Below, piece by piece: positions 1 to 9,813 of a DNA stretch of 64,000 nt. The translations under genes and the position numbers were made by a program. The notes under the pieces are model-generated. The model worked only from the letters and a program-made list of their open reading frames with translations, did no database searches and was not told the origin of the DNA. Origin of the DNA: Selaginella moellendorffii (Eukaryota > Plantae > Lycopodiophyta). Position 1 is the stretch's first letter; the number at the start of each line of letters is the position of its first letter. The DNA lies in NCBI RefSeq assembly GCF_000143415.4, contig NW_003314286.1:511766-575765 (forward strand). The letters run 5' to 3'.

Positions 1-1260
1 GTGCTCCTCCCATATCCCCTCTAAGTGGATCAAGACGTCTTCAATGAAGTCAGTAGTCATCTCCAACATATCGCAAAGAACCTTATCCATCATCCACTGA
101 AAAGTTGCAAAAGCATTGTTCAAATCAAACGGCATCACCAATAACTTGTACAAACTAAACAGTGTACAAAAAGCAGTCTTAGGAATATCTTTCTCGGCCA
201 TCAGTACTTGCCAATAACCAGAAGCAAGATTTAACTTGGTGAACCAACGATTTCACCCTAGACGATCGAAGAGATCAGTTGTGTAAGGAAGAGGGTACAC
301 ATATGAGATTGTCACTTCGTTTAACGAACAATAGTCAATGCAAAAACAAATACTCCTATCAGACTTCATCACAAGATGAGGTTCACAAGCCCAAAGACTC
401 CGCAACATCCGAATAACACCCTTCTCCAACATCTTCTTGACATTTGCACGTAAAAATCTTGATCTCTTTGGGTGACCGACAACAAACAGGAACCTTGATT
501 GAACGAGCATCCCCAGTTGGAATTGGATGACATGTGGCAATCTTGGCCCTAGATAATAAGTCAAATTCAAAGAGATCAAAATACTCTTTCATGAGCCGGT
601 CAACTGCTGCAACATAAAAATTGTCAGAGGGATCAAAAAAGAGAAGAGCAAAACAAGATGGAAACATAGGAGGAAGTAGTGGGGGGACAAAAGAAATGGA
701 AGTAGAGGTAAAAGTAGAGAGACAAAGAGTATGAAAGTGAAATATAAAGAAATATGAAACAAAGGGGAGAAGCCTCAAAGTCACACTTGGCATGATTGCC
801 CTGCAACCAATCTATACCAAGGATGAAGTCAAAAGCTTGACTTGGCACCACTCGCAATGATTGCAACCCAAACTCGAGATCGCCCACACGCACAACTAGG
901 TTTGCCTCATCCCATGCACATGCATATGTACGACCGTTGCCATAAACAATGAAAACTGGCTCCACTAGATGGCAACATGTGGCAACAGGTCAAGCAATAG
1001 AAGATAAACTCGAACCTATATCAACTAACATAGAGAGAATAATAGAAGACATGGTGTGGAACCTGAGGTTCAGGGCCTTGGGCCCTGAACGAAGGAATGG
1101 TGCCAAACTCCCAAGCATGGAGCCAATGAGTGATAGAACCGATCCATGGAGCAACTCCCGAGCGTACAGCCCAAGGAGTGAAGGGACAGAAGCCTGGAAT
1201 GACTTGGAATAGTTCTAGAGCAACCAGCATCTCATTGCCAAGACCAGCACGCAAAACGGA
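1..1260 (-). pseudogene. Degenerate Ty3/Gypsy gag-pol remnant (protease and N-terminal reverse transcriptase), running off the left edge
   Basis: Minus-strand frames give the protease tail AFDFILGIDWL (633-965) and the RT segments MLEKGVIR...SICFCIDYCSLN...VYPLP..DLFDRLG (253-579), then WFTKLNLASGYWQ..KTAF..MPF below 250. Stops and frameshifts are present. Confidence 0.85.
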
Positions 1261-1980
1261 GCCAAATAGAGTCTGGCGCTATTTCGGTATACCGGTGGCC
1301 TAACGCGAGGACATCGGTACTCCACCAGCTAGCGTGGAATGGAACTTGGGCTTAGACCCAAGCCGGACGTAGAACAAGGACAAGCACACAAGCAGAAGCT
1401 AGACTATGCCTCAAGTTAATCAGCCATGCCCAACCTACCCACTATCCTTACTACACATTTGAAACCCTCCACAGCCCCCCCCCTGAGGAACATACACTTT
1501 GGGCTTTCACCCCAAGCCTCCTTTAGTACCAAGAGTTAGTCTCTAGGACAAGCTCGAAACTTACTAAATATGAAATGTCCCTAGATTGTGAATTTAGACA
1601 CGGGACGAACACCATTGTGTTCAGGCCAATCTTTACATTCCGTAAATATGCCAAATGAGTGAATCTAGACACTTTCCATAAATAGCATTTGAGACCGAAA
1701 TAATTCTAACACAAAGGGCATGATAGTGAGGGTGTTTGGCAGACATGGTAAACTATCATTTAGCGAGTATTGAGGGACCAAGCTAAATATCGCGGGGGTT
1801 CCCAACACTAACAAGTGCAAGTCAACGAATAAGTTTCTCTAACCAAGTTAAGTATACTTGACTAAATAGACACTTAGGAATTCCTTCCTTATGCTCATCT
1901 GGTCAAGTGCACACGTGAAAACCAGTTTCTCAACTAGCTTAGGCGAAGACTGATAATGGGTCCAACAATATTGATCTCTT

Positions 1981-2052
1981 GCCGTCGTGGCAGTAAAGAA
2001 AAAATATCCAAAAGGAGTAGCCGACAGGTAACTTTCGATACCTGAAGTCACA
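1981..2052 (-). repeat. Probable LTR terminus (minus strand starts TGTGACTTCAGGTATCG), second copy at 50212-50283
   Basis: Ungapped 72-bp similarity to 50212-50283 with core TAGCCGACAGGTAACTTTCGATACCT. Similarity ends just after ...AAGTCACA in both copies, a TG/CA-type end. It lies upstream of the minus-strand pol at 1-1260. Confidence 0.55.
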
Positions 2053-2242
2053 TTTGAGACACAAATACATCTCAGTGTCCAAACCTTCCACTGCAGCAGC
2101 ACTAACAAGATGTTGTTGACGCCAAATTGTACACTCAGGAAATGGTGGCCGCCAATTTGAAAAACACTGACAACGCTGATAAATGTGACCAACTTCATTA
2201 CACGCCCAACAACGAATATCACAGCCACAATGGGGATGGTCC
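2053..2242 (-). pseudogene. Gypsy gag remnant, 3' part with CCHC zinc knuckle (continuation of 13661-13960)
   Basis: CWACNEVGHIYQRC fits CX2CX4HX4C. It joins the GRG-rich gag sequence at 13661 across the duplicated ATGGTCC. Confidence 0.75.
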
Positions 2243-2248
2243 AAAGTT

Positions 2249-2263
2249 GAGTTGAGCTCAATT
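2249..2263 (+). repeat. Left (sub)terminal inverted repeat of the MULE
   Basis: Exact reverse complement of 13613-13627; TCAAC sub-repeats occur at both ends. Confidence 0.75.
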
Positions 2264-2574
2264 CAACACAAGTCAACTCAAGTCAACATAGTCAATAAGA
2301 AATATTACAAAGGAGATCTAAATTGAACAAATGAAGGTTCTAGCAAACTTTAAAATATTAAAATACGTAAATATCTAAGTTAAAAGTTTCTATAAGATTG
2401 AATTGTTTAAAAAAGACAAAGTTCATGAGAACCTATCTTTTATAAAACTATATTATTTTATTATGACAACTGTTACAGCTGTCATATTTGATTTGACTAC
2501 TTAATATTTTGAATACTTTTACAGCTATAGATACTATTCCTTCATTCAAAAGATTTTTTAGGGTTCTTGAGAAG

Positions 2575-2823
2575 ATGGGAAGCAAGGAAAATACAAGATC
2601 TATGAGTAAGAGTTGTAGTGCAAAGGAATGTGAAAATGTTAATTTTGTTTCACTACCACAATCTCCATATTACACTTCTGGTCCTTATTACCTATCTGGG
2701 AATGTGGAGACCACTATCACGATTGATAAAAATGCTCCTGTTACTTCTGAAACAACAGTCCAGAGCAAGAGAAATGAAGAAATGAACAGCACAGTGGAAA
2801 GCACCAAGAAATCTACTCCATAA
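2575..2823 (+). CDS. Small Ser/Thr/Glu-rich orphan ORF (82 aa), homologous to 49296-49553 and 63369-63626
   Basis: Shares SLPxSPYYT, NAPVTSETTxQSK and STVESTKK with the ORF in the Sola-like element. Confidence 0.6.
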   Translation: MGSKENTRSMSKSCSAKECENVNFVSLPQSPYYTSGPYYLSGNVETTITIDKNAPVTSETTVQSKRNEEMNSTVESTKKSTP

Positions 2824-3298
2824 AACTTTCCATGACATTTGTAATTTACATATTAATTCATATTAAAAACTCTATTGCTTGCCTATATCGCAATCCTCTC
2901 ATATGATAAGACCAAGGTATATTTTGCAGTGAATCCTCATTAAAAGTTTTTGGGAATTGTTTGTAAATAATGATAAAAGAAATAAAAATCTTTCGAAAGA
3001 CTCAAAAGTAATATCACATCAAAGAATCAACTTTATCTACATTTCCAAGACTAAAAGGCAATCTCACATGAGAGAATGGTAGCGTGCCAACGTGCTCTAC
3101 CACTATAATGTGGTCTATATTTCCTTGCAATTTATTTCCCTAGACATTTGGCATGTGTAGAAAAGAATATATGTGTAGCAAAGTAGGATTCATCATAATG
3201 ATAGAGCATGTGTATACACGATAATCTAAAATTCTAGAAGCTCTTATGTTTACAAGAAAGCTATGATTATGAAGCCCCATTTCCAAGACTGACATTTA

Positions 3299-3394
3299 AA
3301 GAATCTAAGTATTGTCAGTGTCATAATAAATAAACCTCATTCCCAAGAATCTGAGTATTGTCAGTGTCATAATAAATAAACCTCATTCCCAAGA
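3299..3394 (+). repeat. 46-bp tandem duplication upstream of ORF 3483
   Basis: AAGAATCTRAGTATTGTCAGTGTCATAATAAATAAACCTCATTCCC starts at 3299 and again at 3345. Confidence 0.9.
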
Positions 3395-3482
3395 CTAAAA
3401 CTCAGTATATAAACTATCTAGAAAAGTTATAGTCATTGTAGGTTTTTTGTTCTCCTTAAGCTCTTTAGAAGTTTATATTGAA

Positions 3483-4028
3483 ATGGCTCAAAGGAGACCT
3501 ATTGCTAATCGTACTTGGCCCCCCAGCATTTTATATCAATCTCCACCTCCATCCCCAAGTTCTACCAACATTCCACCTTCACCTCCACATAACAATCCTT
3601 TTTCTGCTGAGGGCTTTAGTGAAACTGAATTAGAGCTCCCTATATGTGAAATTCCGGATCTTGCTACTAGAGAGGGATTGCCTCTAGCGCTTCAAGAGCA
3701 ATGCCACATGTTTTTGCAAGATCTTGCTCCTGATATGGCAGGACTACTTGAAAGCACAGAACGCTATTACATTCGGTGTCCAATATGCTACTTTTTCTTG
3801 GACAAGACAAATGGCTCTATAGGTTTACAAACTTTTCTTGAGCACTCTAAGAATTGCCCAACGGCAAGTCTGGAAAATGTGCACGTGTGGATGTACAATA
3901 GATTCAAGAATGAGTTACAGACACATACCCACTATTGCTTCATGGTGAGGAACAACATCCCCTTGGGAAACACTGCATTGGCTAGTGCAAAATATAGGGT
4001 TTTTAGGCCACCCTATAGTGGAATGTAA
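3483..4028 (+). CDS. MULE cargo ORF, 181 aa, Pro/Ser-rich N-terminus and putative C2HC zinc finger
   Basis: Uninterrupted ORF in AT-rich context; CPICYFFL...LEHSKNC; TATAAA about 70 bp upstream of the ATG. Confidence 0.55.
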   Translation: MAQRRPIANRTWPPSILYQSPPPSPSSTNIPPSPPHNNPFSAEGFSETELELPICEIPDLATREGLPLALQEQCHMFLQDLAPDMAGLLESTERYYIRCPICYFFLDKTNGSIGLQTFLEHSKNCPTASLENVHVWMYNRFKNELQTHTHYCFMVRNNIPLGNTALASAKYRVFRPPYSGM

Positions 4029-5710
4029 GATCTAGAATAACTTTACTATACTATAGTATTGTCACTATTAAAAGAAAAAATATAATAAAATGATATTAGT
4101 TGTAGGTAACATACCTTGTTCTAGAAGGTGCTATCATATCACATACAATTGTTTACAAAATGTTGAAGGAGGAGATGGCAACACACAAGCGCTACAAAGT
4201 GATGGTGACAGGTGAGAATGATAATCTATAATTATGGTATCTGACACTAACACTGACATCTGACAATTTTACTGACATCTGACACTTTCACTAACATCTT
4301 ACATATAACAAGCTTTCCATTTTATGTAAGGATGCAATTAACTTTCTTCTGCCTCATCATCAACATAATGATTTCTTTTATACTTCCTCCTATATTGGTA
4401 TTGTGGGGAAGATTCACCTTGCATATGTTGAGCCATGGCTTCTGTATAGTCAGGGAGACTTCCAAAGCCTCAAATTCTAGAAACTCCAGGTGACTGTGAT
4501 CTATAAAATAGAATGAAATATATATTGAAATTTTAATAAACATAATTTACCTCCTTGATCTCTCTCCCCGCCGATCCACCACTTCTTTCACCCCTCCTCA
4601 GCTGGCGACCTCCAGAGATCAGCCAGCTCTCAGATCGAGTTCTAGCGGTAGCAGAATTCTCATCCGCCTCACATCAAACAGTTTTAGCTGCAAACAGTTT
4701 TATTAATCAGATATTTAAAATAAAATTAGTAATTTAAATAATATTTACATCTGTTTAACTTACCACCATCTAATCTTTGTGGCAGAGGTTTTGGGTTATC
4801 ACCTAATTTAGAGAGTAATTTGTTAATTTAATATTCATTAATTAGTATTTATACTAATTTTTTAAGTTATATATTCATATTAAGTTAATAAAATACCAAT
4901 ATCTATTTTTTTCACCTTATGTTCAAACATTATGATGAATCCAAAGTTTAACATTTAGATCCATAATATGCAAAGGATGAAAAACTTTCAAAGTTTAATG
5001 TTAAAAAAAGTATATGCAATTGTAACTTGGGAATTAGTTGATTATGATGTTGTGAAAATTCCCATTTACAATATCACTTTCTTAACTGAAAACTATATAC
5101 TTGTGATTATGGTATTGTTGATTGATGTTCGTATTTACTTTTTAACTATATTGCCTTTGAGTATATTGTCTTTGCTTCCTTTGACCAAGTATTTGTAATA
5201 TTCATATGTTTTTTTATTTCTCTTCTACTAATACAAAATCAGAAAAGATTTAAATAACTTGAATTTTAATTATGAAGTTTGTATATTTGTACAAGGCATT
5301 GTTGAAAGAAGAATATAACATCTAATCTACAACAAAACGTTGGAAAAATGTAAGTCCCAAGTTTTTATACCAGTTTAGTTATATAAGTTTGGGAAAAGAA
5401 ATCTATATATTAATGAGTACATAAGTTAATGAAATAGGTTTGTGAATAAGCTTGTGTATGTTTAAGTGAACAAACACCATAGATCTATAATTGGTTTGCT
5501 TAAGCGAACTTGAAGTGGTATTGAATAAACTTTGAATATGATTGGATATTCTACTATCTAATGGTTGTTGTTCATTTAGATTAATCTATTATTTATAATT
5601 TGTGAACATGTTTATAATTTATAAAATCTCGGAAAAAACTTTCTAGTATATTCTTTTCTATTCCACTATTATTATTAATCTTGGTTTATAAATTATAAAT
5701 ATATTTATCA

Positions 5711-8700
5711 TTATTTATTAATTAAATTATTACTACTATCAAATAAACCAAGCAAATTATTTACGAGATAGGTTGAAGGCAACTCACGAAATCCTCTGAG
5801 CCGGCGTTTGAAGAAATGATGTTCTTCAATAGCAAACACTAACCTACCAGAGTCACGTGCTGCCTCCACCATAGAACCGCTACCTGCTATGCAATCAATC
5901 ACAATACCATCTGGTGGGCAATAGAGCTCAAGCAAAACTTGCATTGCCGATGGAGTTCGGAATTGGTACCCTGGAAATGTGTTGTGGATCTGCTCATCCA
6001 CAAGGTTGGGTATGATGTTAGTGGAACTGTCGTATCCAGGCAAAACACGTGCTACACGTTTGCTATCACGAAACCCATCATGTGTGTTTCTGCAGAAGGC
6101 ATGATAGGTCCACATCATAACCTGGAAAATAAAAATGTTTAGAAATTATATAAAAATATAAAATACATACTCACCTTTTCAGGCTTCCCTTGGACGCCCC
6201 TCGTATCAACGCCAATAGGATCCATGATGCACCCGGAAGAGAATGACTTGAAATGAACTTTTGCTGCGCACATCATAAGCTCATACATTCAGTTGGGGTC
6301 GTTCGGTAGGATGAAGACGACATGGCCAACTTCGAGCATAAGTACTTCAGACAATAGGAATGCATCGCGCAAGTGGTCAGGTGTGAGAAAGTTCCAATCC
6401 TCAACTTTCCCATCGATATCTGAAAGACCATCTGGAAAGTCGAAGAGAATGAAGTCCACAACTAGGAGCACAGGCCTTTGTATCTTTCGGCACCAACGGT
6501 TGAACTGGCGGCATATATCCATGTTGATGTCGTCTTCCGTGAAAGATGTCAATAATCTACTGTAAAAGCCAATGAAGATACCCACAATGCCTTGTTGTGT
6601 TATTGGGGACACAGGATGGACCTATAAAAGAGCTAAGTGAATGAAAAAAGTAATAAATAGTATGATACCGTCATATCGCGTGTTGTCAATGAGAGTTCCT
6701 CCAACTCCTCTTCACGAGCATCTCGTCGAGCTGGAATGAAATTATTACCAACAGTCATTGCTGCAAAAAACATGTATTACCACCTTTAGTTTGTAAAATT
6801 CACTTTTGCTTACCTCGAGGTCGACGTGATATTCTGTGAACCATTTGATCATCGTTATTTACTGGTAGAACCTGATCCGGATCTTGGTTGTTTGATGGTT
6901 GAATTGGAGCCTATTCCTGACTGTCTGGTGGTGGAACATAAACTTGATCTAGAGCTTCCTCATCCTCGTCTCCATCGTCACTTGCATTGCCATCGTTGCT
7001 AGCATTGATAATTTCCTCGCGATCTAGTGTAGAGGTTTCCTTCCCTAGGAGCTCCAACTCCCAAGGGCATTCTATCTTCCGTGCCTTCGGAACTCTCGCA
7101 AACATTGTTGGATACATTCCTCCATCTCTTACACCCTTTGCAACAAGTCGAGTGCAAACTGGTGCCTCAAATGGCATGCCTCTATATTGAAGATACATGT
7201 AAACAATATATATTAAAAAACAGTCTTAGAAATCATATTATACCTATAAGCTGTACGTCGCATGAAATAAGGTTGACCATGTTGACAATCATAAGTTGTT
7301 GTGCTTGTAGACTTCTCTGGCAGCCACCCCTCTTCGATCCCTTCCAATGACGTGTTGATGTAAGTGTCGAAAGACATGAATGTGCCATCTGGATCGTCAC
7401 CAATGTGTGGTGCCAAGAACTTCTCACCTTCACTTATAGTTTGCGTGTTGTAGACAACCCTTCTCATCATGTTCTCAAATAGTTCTGGCAGTCCTTTCTC
7501 TCTGTTCATCAAGCAGACATTGAGGAACTCCAGAGTCTCTATCTGTTGCTTATATGGAAGCTTCGATTTTGCGATATTGTAAATCATGTCATCTGGAGTT
7601 TTGTTCACTGCAAAAGTAACATATGCATAATTAAGAAAAATGAAGTGTGATAAAAAACTTACATTCATGAGAAGAAATTTCAGCTATAGTCTCTAGCCAC
7701 TCCTTCGGCCTGTGATTGTCTGCAATGCATACTAATTTCTTCAACTTTGAGGACTTTGCATGCTGAATTTTATACTCAATTTGTACAAACTTAGCTGAAA
7801 GCTCTTCCCGACTCTTCTCCGGATATGCAAGTTTGTAAGCATCTTGCTTGACCTTCACCAAAGGCTAAAAACCAAAACAATTAAAAGAAGCTTTTATAAA
7901 ATAAAAGGGAAAGACATACCTTACACCACACAGCAAGCATAAAACTGATTGGGTTGTTGAACCAAGTTGTACCGTCATTTCGAGTGCATGAGTGCCAAAC
8001 AAGTGTTGCGAGATCATCACCATAATGTTAGCAAATGTCATTCTCACTCAAGTTTGCCAAAAATTGAAGTTGCTCGATGTCATGGACAAGATTTTGTTTT
8101 TGAACAGCGAACTGCCCAAGCCTACATTTAAACACAACAAAACAAGTTAAAGTGGAGTTAGAGGTAAAATTATAAAACTTACGCATTGATCTTTTGGCAG
8201 GCCAAGATAAGTCTGTTGACATCCAAAGGTCCCCTCGCATAGACATGGCCGACTGAAACACTGATATAGTAGACGGGATCATCGCGAAAATGATCATCGA
8301 TACACTTCATCCAAGCTCCATATCGGTGGTTACCGTCAATAATTTAGAACATTGTCCCCGCAAGCTGTCGAGTCTTAGGATGTCTGATAATTATGTCATC
8401 AAATTCTAGGGACTTCCTCCTCCAAATAGGATCCCAGCTATTCACAATCTTGGGTGTGACAGTAATGATCTCCGTTGTTCCTGGCTTGCAAAAAGAGATT
8501 AGAAACATACCGATATTTGTTGCAAGGCCATTCTGTTTGAACAAGCTGTATATATCCGAGTTGACATACTTGGATGCTGTGCGGACAAGGTTCGTCTGTT
8601 GCAAACGGCAAAGGGGGATTTCTTTGATCAAGTCACAAGGGCCTGGCCACTTGAGTGCCTCAAGTGTTTGGTGAACTGCTTTTTCCCTTGTCCGCATAAC

Positions 8701-9186
8701 AGTCTCTTGGAAGCGCTTGTCCACCACGTTGTCAGGAAGGTCTGCAACTCTTTCAGCTCCAGGCTGTTCCTCAGATTCCCTATCGTGAACACCACTAGAT
8801 TGCCCAACTTCAGGGATTTGCATTGGTGGTGGTGGCGGTGGTGGCGGGGGCAGAGGCAATAGTGGCAATGGTGGTGGTAATGGTGGTGGTGGCAGTGGCG
8901 GCGGGGGCAGAGGCAATAGTGGTAGTGGTGGTGGCAATGGTGGTGGTGGCAGTGGCGATGGAGGTGGTGGAGGTGGTGATGGAGGTGGTGGAGGTGGCGA
9001 TGGCGGTGGTGGAGGTGGTGATGGTGGAGGTGATGGTGGTGGAGGTGGTGAATCTCTAACTAAATGTGTCTCTGTTGTGCTAATAGACATATCGATTGTG
9101 ATGTCGTCGTCAATGCCAAATTGAACTTCTCGTGTCTTCTTGGCTCCAACAACCTTTTTATGTGTTACAATTTTCCTTTTCTGCAA
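5711..9186 (-). pseudogene. Multi-exon ParB/Srx-like + beta-class N6/N4 DNA methyltransferase-like gene; this copy has in-frame stops; 5' end may lie further right
   Basis: Reading through TAA at 8344-8346 gives IIDGNHRYGAW (ParB/Srx GxHR motif), preceded by IPLCRL...LVR. A downstream exon has VDFILFDFPDG (motif IV position). The last exon has RTPSAMQVLLELYCPPDGIVIDCIAGSGSMVEAARDSGRLVFAIE (motif X/I, SAM binding). Exons are joined by ~50-60 nt GT-AG introns. Stops at 8344, 8028 and 6289 fit C-to-T changes. Confidence 0.8.
8824..9050 (-). repeat. Poly-proline coding microsatellite (CCA/CCT/CCG)n in the N-terminus of the ParB-MTase gene
   Basis: (GGT/GGA/GGC)n on the + strand; PPPPPSPPPS... 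in ORF 8344-9186. Confidence 0.9.
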
Positions 9187-9813
9187 GAGAAAAAGTTTTG
9201 TTAGTCAAACTAAATAAAGATAATGAGAAATTCAAACAGTCAAAGAGAAAAAAAAATCAAGTGGGCCTAGACTCCACCTCGGGCACTTTGGCTGCCCAGG
9301 GGGCCGAGGTTATTCAAATAACCTCCGACCCCTAAAGTGCCTGAGGTTGAGCTCAGGCCAGCCACCTCAAGCACTTCGGTGGCCGCCGGGGTTGTATAAC
9401 ACCAGTATAGTTGCATACTCAGAGTTTCTTCTTTCTGGTGTGGGCGAGGGTGGACAACAATGGGATTTACAAAATTCCAAGTCGAAGGAGATTCGAGTGT
9501 TCGGATCTCCAATCAAAATGCCAAAATGCGCTCCAGCGAAAGTGAATGTGAAGCAAGAGTCAGTCGTTATGCTCTCGTCCTCTTTTAGTTCAAGTGGAGA
9601 TGTCATGCTAGTGTCGGCACCAAATCACCAGCTCCAACTCCAACTTCAGCAATATTCAAAGCCGTTAGCAATGCTTTCCAGTTTTCATGCCTCTCAATTG
9701 ACGTGCACTTGTTTTTGTATAGGCTTGTGAGTGAGCTTCCATCCTCCTACAACGGCAACATTTTCTTTGAGCTACCACCTCTTGTCAGCAGCACAAGTTC
9801 CAAATAGAAGGGG

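Noticed and set aside
1310-1327. Possible PBS (TGGTGGAGTACCG, minus strand) for the leftmost Gypsy element
   Set aside because: No adjacent LTR CA end can be identified and the tRNA match is short.
1939-2244. ORF resembling a zinc-finger gene, with CDFRYRKLPVG also readable at 50250-50290
   Set aside because: It is a chance fusion of a gag knuckle and an LTR end. The second copy has stops, and similarity is at DNA level and ends at a TG/CA boundary.
5711-6612. Bacterial contamination as the source of the methyltransferase
   Set aside because: The gene has spliceosomal introns and lies between MULE termini nested in a plant Gypsy element.
8823-9059. Val/Met-rich ORF that looks like a membrane peptide
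   Set aside because: Antisense reading of the poly-proline repeat.
8344-9186. Extensin or formin-like host gene
   Set aside because: The poly-Pro tract is a linker ahead of a ParB-like domain within a transposon.
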